Shown here in pieces: positions 28,139-35,824 of a DNA stretch of 64,000 bases. The notes under the pieces are model-generated. The model had not been told where the DNA came from. It did no database searches and worked only from the letters and a program-made list of their open reading frames with translations. The first letter of the stretch is position 1; every line of letters starts with the position of its first letter. A program made the position numbers and the translations under genes. The DNA is from Pseudomonadota bacterium (GTDB lineage Bacteria > Bdellovibrionota_G > JALEGL01 > DATDPG01): NCBI GenBank assembly GCA_043809315.1, contig JAZDDX010000029.1:1-64000 (forward strand), in the 5' to 3' direction.

Positions 28139-29293
28139 CTAAAACAATTTTCCCGCGTGCAGCGTCCGCAGGAATTCCTTTACAGGGAGCACCGTGACCG
28201 CCCCGTCCTTCAATCTCTCCTTTCCCAGGTACACTCCGTAAGCTGCGCCGATCTTCCGGAGACCGATCAACTCGTTCAAACTTTTCGAGTATTCGGGCCG
28301 CCATTTCGGTCCGGATTTGATCTCCACACCGATGGTTTTGCCATGGCTTTTCCAGATCAGATCGACCTCTTTGTCGGACGGAAGGCGCCAGTACCCCCAG
28401 TTCTCGTCGTAACCGAGTTGTTGGGCGGCCACGCGGATTTCGTGCAACAACAACGTCTCCAGAAGCCACCCCTTGTTGGTCGGATCGATCGGCTCCCGAA
28501 GCGACCCGCGCAGGGCATTCACGACGCCGGTATCGAAGAAATAGAATTTCGGATGTGCCGCCTCGCGCACCTTCGTCTCGGTTTTCCAGGCCGGGAGCAG
28601 AAAGCTCACGAGCGTATCTTCCAACACCTTGAAATACCCTTGAACCGTGGGTCTCGCGACCCCGGCGTCACGGGCAACGCCTGCAATGTTGAGCGTTTGG
28701 CCGTTCAAGATTGCGGCAACCTCCAGGAACCGCGCGAAGGTGTCGAGATTCTTAACCGCGGCTTCCTGTTGAATCTCTTCCTTTAAGTACGTGATCACAT
28801 AGGAGTTCAGGAAACGGGTCCGCTCTTCATCATCATTCGCCACGAACGATTTTGGAAGCAATCCGAAGCGCAATGCTTTTTCAAGATCCCAGTCCTCGCC
28901 CACTTCCGAAAAGGAGAACGGAGCGAATCGAACGACCTCCGCCCTGCCCGCCAACAGGTTCACCCCCTCCCGTCGAAGTTTCCGAGCGCTTGATCCGGTC
29001 AGCGCGAAACGAAGGGCCTTGTTCCGATTCATCAGGTAATGAATTTCGTTCAAGAGCGCCGGAGCTCTTTGAATCTCATCGATCACCACCCATTTCACCG
29101 GACGCTCGGCCAGAAGCTCGCGCAGGTACGATGGATTCTTGATGATCGCCAAGTAGAGTTCGTGGTCGAGAAGATCCAACCAGAAACCTTCGCGATACTC
29201 CTTCTGAAGCCACGTGGTCTTCCCCGTCCCCCGTGGACCGAACAGAAAAAACGTGTTGTTTCGGGGAGATAGGTTGCGTGTATAGTCCGTCAT
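28139..29293 (-). CDS. AAA+ ATPase with DUF4143 / PD-(D/E)xK-like C-terminus
   Basis: GPRGTGKT, IDEIQ, TGSSARKL, PKFYFFDTG, EVDL...IEIK. Confidence 0.88.
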   Translation of the reverse strand: MTDYTRNLSPRNNTFFLFGPRGTGKTTWLQKEYREGFWLDLLDHELYLAIIKNPSYLRELLAERPVKWVVIDEIQRAPALLNEIHYLMNRNKALRFALTGSSARKLRREGVNLLAGRAEVVRFAPFSFSEVGEDWDLEKALRFGLLPKSFVANDDEERTRFLNSYVITYLKEEIQQEAAVKNLDTFARFLEVAAILNGQTLNIAGVARDAGVARPTVQGYFKVLEDTLVSFLLPAWKTETKVREAAHPKFYFFDTGVVNALRGSLREPIDPTNKGWLLETLLLHEIRVAAQQLGYDENWGYWRLPSDKEVDLIWKSHGKTIGVEIKSGPKWRPEYSKSLNELIGLRKIGAAYGVYLGKERLKDGAVTVLPVKEFLRTLHAGKLF

Positions 29294-29301
29294 CACTTTG
29301 C

Positions 29302-29330
29302 ATTGCAATCTGTTGTCGGGGTCTTGTCAA
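29302..29330 (-). promoter_or_regulatory. Putative sigma70 promoter of the AAA ATPase
   Basis: TTGACA-17 nt-TGCAAT, 8 nt before ATG 29293. Confidence 0.55.
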
Positions 29331-29366
29331 GTGCGTGATGGAAAGGTTGTCGGGGTCCAAGTCCCC

Positions 29367-30128
29367 TTACCAGGCCACGCCATCACCGGGGCCGGGGTCT
29401 GTCACGGGGTTACAGGAGGATCCTGCCCGGTATTGCGCCCAGATCCTCAGTTCATCGCCCGGCTGAAGCTCGAGGCGGTTCCCGAACGTCAGGCCGCCAT
29501 CGAGGGCGGGGGCAATCGATCTGGAATCCGCGACGTCGAACGCCAACACGTTGAGCAGCTCACTGCAATTGGCGCCGGCCTGGTATTCGGCACAGTCGAA
29601 TTCAACGGGGTTACCGTTCCGTACCACTGCGTACCTGAAGCTGGCAACCTGACCGAGCAAACCGGAGTCTCCTGTGACCTTTACCCACTCTCGTCCATCG
29701 TTCGATTTCAATAGCGTTGCTTTTGCTTGTGCGGCGAGTTTACAGGTGCCCGGAGAGACATCGCCTATCCAAAAAGGAGGAATAGAATCCTCGGTCCCGA
29801 TCACGACTAGGTGATCGCCGCTAACGGTGGCGACCGAGCTGCTGGCGGACCCGGTTCCCAAACCCTCGTCATGGGTCGAGTTTTGGGGCACAAGGTCCTC
29901 GGGTTGGGACACCACGAGCGCTGAGGCAGTGTCATCGCCAGCAATCACGAGGTCAGAGCCAGCGCCGACATCAATCACCACGGACCCTACGTCGTTGTTA
30001 GTCGTCACGATCGGCACCATCCCCGAGTTCGCAAGACGATTCAGCTCGTCCTCCACCTTCTTGCCTCCTGCGCACGCAGCGAGCGAGAGAATCGCAATTA
30101 GGAGAGCTATCTTTCTTGCCGTATTCAT
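29367..30128 (-). CDS. Orphan lipoprotein, array member B2
   Basis: MNTARKIALLIAILSLAAC lipobox; shared LVVxGTE and four-Cys pattern. Confidence 0.8.
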   Translation of the reverse strand: MNTARKIALLIAILSLAACAGGKKVEDELNRLANSGMVPIVTTNNDVGSVVIDVGAGSDLVIAGDDTASALVVSQPEDLVPQNSTHDEGLGTGSASSSVATVSGDHLVVIGTEDSIPPFWIGDVSPGTCKLAAQAKATLLKSNDGREWVKVTGDSGLLGQVASFRYAVVRNGNPVEFDCAEYQAGANCSELLNVLAFDVADSRSIAPALDGGLTFGNRLELQPGDELRIWAQYRAGSSCNPVTDPGPGDGVAW

Positions 30129-30131
30129 CGG

Positions 30132-30815
30132 TTACGAATCCTTGCCCGGGGGTGTCCGGAATATTGCCTCGAAACACGCCGTTCCCTCGGCGAATACCTT
30201 GTCGATCGTCAGCACGTCCCCGTTGAATGTCGGAAAGCGGACCTTGAATTTTAAACTTTGGATCGTGATCGGGTCTGGCACCGTGATCGGGTCTGGCGCC
30301 ATTACCAGATCCCGGGAAGCTCTCGTATACCCATCCGACGTTGTCTTAAACAAATGGTCACAATGCTTGCCGTCGGGGTTGCTCGTGTAATCGGCACACC
30401 CTCTCATTGGTGTCGGGTCCCCAAAGTGTTTCAATTTGTAGTCGAACTTCTCAATCTGAGCGAGCCAATCGACATTCCCCGCGATCGTGATCCATACCTC
30501 GCCATGTTCATCCAGCGATGCCGTTGGCGTTGCGTTGTTCTCGAAAACACAGAAATCTGGCTCCGGGTTACCGTCGCCAATTTCCGTGCCCGTCACGACC
30601 AAAGGAAGTGCGTTGCCCGGTGCCCGTGTCTCGGGAGATATCTTCTCGGTCGGACCCAAAGAACCGTCGGTGTTCAAACCGTCGCCCGTCGTGCCGCCCG
30701 TTTCCGTGCCCGCCTTCGCAAGATTATTCAGATCATCTGCAGCCTCTTTCATTCCAGCGCATCCGAAGAGTCCCAGAATCGAGATGATTGCGAACGCGTT
30801 CTTGAGTTTCGTCAT
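30132..30815 (-). CDS. Orphan lipoprotein, array member A2
   Basis: MTKLKNAFAIISILGLFGC lipobox; start inferred from identity with the paralogue at 32490. Confidence 0.8.
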   Translation of the reverse strand: MTKLKNAFAIISILGLFGCAGMKEAADDLNNLAKAGTETGGTTGDGLNTDGSLGPTEKISPETRAPGNALPLVVTGTEIGDGNPEPDFCVFENNATPTASLDEHGEVWITIAGNVDWLAQIEKFDYKLKHFGDPTPMRGCADYTSNPDGKHCDHLFKTTSDGYTRASRDLVMAPDPITVPDPITIQSLKFKVRFPTFNGDVLTIDKVFAEGTACFEAIFRTPPGKDS

Positions 30816-30955
30816 CGCCCGGCCGTCCTTTCCCCGCATACGGACATCTGATGAATACGCAAGCTCCGGGCCAAGTATTTGTTTTGTAAAAACAGCCACA
30901 TAGAAACCACCAGCCCCCAAACGGAACCTTCCTTCGGCAACTCAAGTTCCGGCAT
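30739..30955. repeat. About 215-bp duplicated promoter/leader/signal-peptide block, copy 2
   Basis: Aligns with 32414-32627 with long identical runs and one 3-bp indel. Confidence 0.92.
30858..30874 (-). promoter_or_regulatory. Putative sigma54 promoter, A2-B2 unit
   Basis: TTGGCCCGGAGCTTGCG; upstream CGGAAC-N18-GTTCCG palindrome at 30922-30951. Confidence 0.7.
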
Positions 30956-31097
30956 TCTTCCATGGATAGATGGTGGTTATTTTGCCTTGCAAATATACCG
31001 CGAGAGGTCGACTTCATTATGATCGCGGAGAAGTGAGGCGAAACCTTGAGGACGTCGAAATTCTCCCTTGGCCGTCTTGTTTACCGAAAAGCCGAAA

Positions 31098-31697
31098 TCA
31101 TGGACCGTCCGGATCGACAGGCTTCTCTCCGATGGGGGTACGCACCGTCAAGGTGTACGGCTGGACGGTTTCTGAAAAGCACCGATTTGAGACGTCTTCA
31201 GGTGTCATGATCAGGGTGAACCCGTCTTGAATCGTTTTGGGAATCCGAAACTTCACGATCAGATCCGAGGACGAGTTCCGGATCTTCTCCCATGGGGCAC
31301 ATTTGCTCCCCCCGGTCGCGGTTGCGCAACCACTGACTTTCACGAAATATCCCGGTTTCGTGCCGACATAATCGAATCGGCCGATGTTCTCGATCCAGAT
31401 CGCGGCCTCGTTGCGAATGAAAAGCCACCTTTCTCCATTCAACACTTCGATCGATACCGTCGAGCCGGGTTGCGACCAGGAACAATCGATCATCGGAGAG
31501 CTGAGCGGAGGCTCGACTGTGGTCTCCGTTCCGGTCACCACAAGTCCGTTTCCAGGCGGATCGGCGTCGATTGCCGCGTCCGGTGACCTGTTCGAATCCG
31601 CGAGATGATTTGGATCGTCCGTAACGTTCTTGATTTCGGCGCACGCGGCGAGGGAGAAGATCGCGATCAGTAGAGCTATTCTTTTTGCTGTTTTCAT
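31098..31697 (-). CDS. Orphan lipoprotein, array member B1
   Basis: MKTAKRIALLIAIFSLAAC lipobox; PGNGLVVTGTE; four-Cys pattern; AGGAG RBS. Confidence 0.8.
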   Translation of the reverse strand: MKTAKRIALLIAIFSLAACAEIKNVTDDPNHLADSNRSPDAAIDADPPGNGLVVTGTETTVEPPLSSPMIDCSWSQPGSTVSIEVLNGERWLFIRNEAAIWIENIGRFDYVGTKPGYFVKVSGCATATGGSKCAPWEKIRNSSSDLIVKFRIPKTIQDGFTLIMTPEDVSNRCFSETVQPYTLTVRTPIGEKPVDPDGP

Positions 31698-31731
31698 CGT
31701 CTCATCTCCTCTTCGTCACGTGTCGCACCGT

Positions 31732-32490
31732 CTAGTTGTCAACCGTGAATTGGCTCCTGATCGCCTCATAACAAGGTGTTCCCGGCCTAAAACCCACAGT
31801 GACCGTCAGAAGATCGCGGTTTCGGAGCGCAAAGGGGATATCGAAGTACAGGCTCAGGACTGTAACGGTATTAGGAGCGGGAGGCGGAGGAGGAGGGGGA
31901 GGCGGGCCGTCGATTGGAACACCCCTAGTTGTTCCATCGGACCGTGTCTGGAACAGATGGGTACATTGACCGTCGTATCCAGGGATAACGTCTGAATCCA
32001 CCCATGAGCTAGTCTCGTCGGCACAAGCTCTCAGTGTCGGGGGGGCTAGATAGTGGTCTAATGTGTACGAAACCTTTGAAATCTGTGCGAGCCAGCTGGG
32101 GTCTCCCGTGATGGTGCTCCGTTGATCTAATGTCTCTATCTCTCCGTTGTTAGCACTGGGCTTGCATGCGGCAGCACGTTCGGACCAATATTCGGATTCA
32201 TCAAAGAAGCTGGGGATATCGATACCATGGGGTTCCACAACCAAGTCGGATCCAGCTGGCGAAGGAATATCGTTCCTGCTCCCACCTCCGCCACTGGGGT
32301 TGGTCGCGTTATTGTCGGATCCAGCATTCCCATTCGACGAATTCCCCCCCGGCGTTTGCGACGAACCGGCTGAACCTGTGTCGCTCGTTGCCAACCGCTG
32401 ACTTAAGTCGTCCGCAGCCTCTTTGATTCCGGCACACCCGAAGAGTCCCAGAATCGAGATGATTGCGAACGCGTTCTTAAGTTTCGTCAT
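31732..32490 (-). CDS. Orphan lipoprotein, array member A1
   Basis: Same signal peptide as A2; Gly/Ser/Asn linker; poly-Pro loop; four-Cys pattern. Confidence 0.8.
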   Translation of the reverse strand: MTKLKNAFAIISILGLFGCAGIKEAADDLSQRLATSDTGSAGSSQTPGGNSSNGNAGSDNNATNPSGGGGSRNDIPSPAGSDLVVEPHGIDIPSFFDESEYWSERAAACKPSANNGEIETLDQRSTITGDPSWLAQISKVSYTLDHYLAPPTLRACADETSSWVDSDVIPGYDGQCTHLFQTRSDGTTRGVPIDGPPPPPPPPPAPNTVTVLSLYFDIPFALRNRDLLTVTVGFRPGTPCYEAIRSQFTVDN

Positions 32491-32627
32491 CGCCCGGCCG
32501 TCCTTTCCCCGCATACGGTCATCTGAATACGCAAGCTCCGGGCCAAGTATTTGTTGTGTGAAAACAGCCACATAGAAACGGCAACTCCCCAACCGGAACC
32601 CTCCGCCGGTAACCCAGGTTCCGGCAT
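32414..32627. repeat. About 215-bp duplicated promoter/leader/signal-peptide block, copy 1
   Basis: Aligns with 30739-30955. Confidence 0.92.
32530..32546 (-). promoter_or_regulatory. Putative sigma54 promoter, A1-B1 unit
   Basis: TTGGCCCGGAGCTTGCG; upstream CCGGAACC-N16-GGTTCCGG palindrome at 32593-32624. Confidence 0.7.
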
Positions 32628-32682
32628 CTTTCCTCGTTGTCGTCGTCGCTTCGCTAGAATAGTTTGAAGAACTCGAGCCGAG

Positions 32683-35600
32683 ATGCCCGAACTCTGCACC
32701 AACTGCCGCCGCGCCATACCGGAAGGAGATCTTCGCTTCTGCCCCTATTGCGGCCTCCCCTTCCTCGCCCCGCTCGCCGAGCAGAGATACGCGGTGGTCG
32801 TTTTCGCTGACCTCGCCGGCTTCACCGAGCTCAGCACCTCCATCCCCCCGGCGAGCCTCCGGAAACTTCTCGACGACTTGATGCAGCGGTTCTGCCGGAT
32901 CGTTTCGGACTACGGCGCGAAGGTAGACAAGATCATCGGCGACTGCGTGATGTTCGTCTTCGGAACCGAGCGGACCTCGACCCGGGACGCGACGCGCGCC
33001 CTCGAAACGATCGATGCGATGAAGAAAGAGCTCGAAGCGTTCAATCGCGAGAACCGCCTGACCCTTTCCCTCCACGCCTCGATCGCCAACGGCATCGTTT
33101 CGGTCGGTCGCGTCGGCCCCTCGCAGACCGTGATGGGGGAGGTCGTCAACCTCGCCTCCCGACTTCTCCACGTCGGAGCCAAAGACGACGTCATCGTTTC
33201 CCCCACCTTCGCCGATCTCCTCGACGAAACCGTCCGCCTCGAAGCGCTCACGCCGACCGAGCTCAAGGGGTTCACCGATCCGGTCGTCCCGTTCCGCTAT
33301 CTCGGATTTCGCCGGGACGTAACTCCCCACGACCTTTTCTTCGGACGCGGACCGGAGCTCGAGAACCTCGACCGCCTTCTCGACACCTCCCGCGAAAAAA
33401 GAACTCCTCAATGGATCTTGCTGCAGGGTTCGGCCGGCATCGGGAAGAGCGGCCTCCTCCGGTCGTTTCTCGGACGGCTGTGGGGACGCGACCTGGCGAC
33501 GGTCCTCGTTTCGTTTGAAGATTCCTCCTCCCGACCGATGGAGGGGCTCCAGGCGCTGTTCGGGAAGCTCTTGAATCGTTCCGAGCTGGATTCGGACGAA
33601 CGCCGGAGCACGTGGAAACAGTTCGAACTGGCCCTCTCGATCTCCACATCCCTCGACAGCGAGCAGTACTCGACCCTCGTCTCCCAGATGATCGACGGGG
33701 TCGTGCGCAAGCGTCCGTTGGTCTTGGCCCTGGAGGACTTGCATGCGGCTCCTCCGGCCATCAAGACCATTTTCAATCGGATCCGCGAGATGGCATCGAC
33801 CGGGCCCCTTCTCGTTTGCGCCACCAGTCGGATGGCGGAAGAGGGGTTCGACTCCACCGTCGCTCTCTCTCCCTTGCCGGAAAACGCGGCGAAAGAATTG
33901 TTCGCGCACTTGATCCACGGCCGCACTGTCTCGAACGACGTGTCCAAAAACGCGCTCGCCGGGTGTGCCGGGAATCCGTTTCTGATCCGGACCGTCGCGC
34001 GCGCGATCCAGCGTTCGGTCCATCCGTCGAACCTGTTCGGCGGAAACACCGAGCTTCTTCTCTCCTCCACGCTCGACACCTTCCCAAAGGCCACGCAGGA
34101 AACGATCAAGACCGCCTCTCTTTTCGGTCGTCACGTCCCGATGTTCTACCTCTCGAAAATGACGGGGGAGCCGGAGGCACACCTCCGAAAATCGCTCGCA
34201 CCGGTCGGCGTCTTCCATGTCTCGGATCGGGGAGAGACGTTCGTCTTCGAGCACGTTCTCCTCCAGGAGGCGGCCTATCGGAGAATCGACACGACCCTGC
34301 TCTCCGACCTGCACGGCAAAGCGGGAGCCATTCTGGAGGAAGTGAAGGCTCCGGCGGAACAGGTGGCGTATCACTACGTCCGTTCCGACCAGAAATTAAA
34401 GGCGGTTGCGTTCGCCGTCCAGGCGGCCCGGCGCCTCTCCCGGACTCCGGCCTCGGAACAGGCGCTCGAGTTCGCCCGGAAGGCCGAGGAACTCGCACGT
34501 GAATTGGACGACCCCGCTGTTCTCGCCGAAGGATTGAGCTTGCGATTCCAGATCGAGAGCCGGAATCTCCCGACCGCGCGGGCGGTTTCGCTCTGGGACC
34601 GGTTCGCCAAGACCGTGCCGGCGGATCATCAACATTCCGTCCTCCCGACCTTTCTCTATGCCAAGGCAGAACTCCTTTGCGACCACCGGAGCGACGACGA
34701 CTGCTGGAAAGCGTTGGGGGAGATCGAAGCGCTCGACCCCAAGGTCGACACGAGCTTCCTCAAAGCACGCCTCTTCCAACACCGGGAGCGACTGAAGGAG
34801 TGCCGCCAACTCGTCACCGAACAGCTCTCGGCAAGCGACCTGCCGGCCCGGAAGCGCGGGGAGTTCTTGAGGCTTCTCTGCGACGTTGAGGGGCTCGAGT
34901 ACCACTTCGAAGAGGCGAAACAGGCGGGGTTGCAGGCCCACGCCGTCTGCCGATCGATCGATGACTTTCAGGGGGTTTTGAAGAGCAACGTCATGCTCGG
35001 GTGGCTTGCTTACCGGAGTAACCGGTACGAGGAGGCGAAAGATCATTACACGGAAGCTTCCGAACTCTCCCTGAAGCTCGGAGATCTCCTGGTCCACTGT
35101 CGCGTGCTCTTGAGTCTGGCCCTGGTCAATTTCCGGCTCCTCGATTTCCGGGAGTGCTTCCGGGCGACTTCTCAGGGTCTCGATCTTCTTTCCGGAGGGC
35201 TCAATCATCCCCTGCTGAACCGGTTCCGCCTCACGGTCGCCGACACCGCGTATCTCACGCTGGGGGAATACCAGATCGCCGAAAGTTATTTCCAGTTGGC
35301 TCACACCTATTTCAGTGAACACGGTCCCCCGGAATATTTGACGGAGGTGCTGGCGGGTCTGGCTCACCTCCGCCTCAAGCAAGGGCGATTCGAGGAAGGG
35401 ATCCCGTTTGCGAATGAATCGCTCAACTGTTGTCCCAAGGGAGGGGATGCCGAACTCGTCTGTCGCCTCCTCCGAGCCGATCTCTTGAGCCATCTCGGAG
35501 CGGACGCAGAGGCAAAAGCGGAATGGAAGACGGTCCTCAAGTATCCCCACGCAAACCGGCTTCCGCTCGAACTCCGGACCTACTTCCGGATCGTCGCTTC

Positions 35601-35814
35601 CACGGTCACCGGCCGGAAAGACCGGAAACAGATCGAGGAGATCCTGCGCCATCTCGCCGACCCGGAGATCCGCCCTATCTCGTTCGACCGCCTCGATCTT
35701 CTTCGCGAAGTTCTTTTGTACGGTCCCGATCCACGGATTCAAAAACAGTACGAGGTGCTTCGGGACCAACTTCGGGAAAAAGTTCCCGAGAAGTACCGCG
35801 CGCGGATTGTCTGA
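32683..35814 (+). CDS. Zn-ribbon + class III adenylate/guanylate cyclase + STAND-type AAA ATPase + TPR-like protein
   Basis: CTNC...CPYC; FADLAGFT, KIIGDCVM, GEVVNLASRL; GSAGIGKS, LEDLH; FEHVLLQEAAY; helical repeats. Confidence 0.88.
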   Translation: MPELCTNCRRAIPEGDLRFCPYCGLPFLAPLAEQRYAVVVFADLAGFTELSTSIPPASLRKLLDDLMQRFCRIVSDYGAKVDKIIGDCVMFVFGTERTSTRDATRALETIDAMKKELEAFNRENRLTLSLHASIANGIVSVGRVGPSQTVMGEVVNLASRLLHVGAKDDVIVSPTFADLLDETVRLEALTPTELKGFTDPVVPFRYLGFRRDVTPHDLFFGRGPELENLDRLLDTSREKRTPQWILLQGSAGIGKSGLLRSFLGRLWGRDLATVLVSFEDSSSRPMEGLQALFGKLLNRSELDSDERRSTWKQFELALSISTSLDSEQYSTLVSQMIDGVVRKRPLVLALEDLHAAPPAIKTIFNRIREMASTGPLLVCATSRMAEEGFDSTVALSPLPENAAKELFAHLIHGRTVSNDVSKNALAGCAGNPFLIRTVARAIQRSVHPSNLFGGNTELLLSSTLDTFPKATQETIKTASLFGRHVPMFYLSKMTGEPEAHLRKSLAPVGVFHVSDRGETFVFEHVLLQEAAYRRIDTTLLSDLHGKAGAILEEVKAPAEQVAYHYVRSDQKLKAVAFAVQAARRLSRTPASEQALEFARKAEELARELDDPAVLAEGLSLRFQIESRNLPTARAVSLWDRFAKTVPADHQHSVLPTFLYAKAELLCDHRSDDDCWKALGEIEALDPKVDTSFLKARLFQHRERLKECRQLVTEQLSASDLPARKRGEFLRLLCDVEGLEYHFEEAKQAGLQAHAVCRSIDDFQGVLKSNVMLGWLAYRSNRYEEAKDHYTEASELSLKLGDLLVHCRVLLSLALVNFRLLDFRECFRATSQGLDLLSGGLNHPLLNRFRLTVADTAYLTLGEYQIAESYFQLAHTYFSEHGPPEYLTEVLAGLAHLRLKQGRFEEGIPFANESLNCCPKGGDAELVCRLLRADLLSHLGADAEAKAEWKTVLKYPHANRLPLELRTYFRIVASTVTGRKDRKQIEEILRHLADPEIRPISFDRLDLLREVLLYGPDPRIQKQYEVLRDQLREKVPEKYRARIV

Positions 35815-35824
35815 ACAGGACGGC

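Noticed and set aside
31732-34374. 880-aa minus-strand ORF
   Set aside because: The upstream 628 codons are mostly the antisense shadow of the cyclase and run through the promoter; the real gene starts at 32490, matching the paralogue at 30815
28137-35814. Prophage or integrative element at tRNA-Leu
   Set aside because: No integrase, phage or conjugation genes recognised and no intact attR found; reported only as an accessory islet
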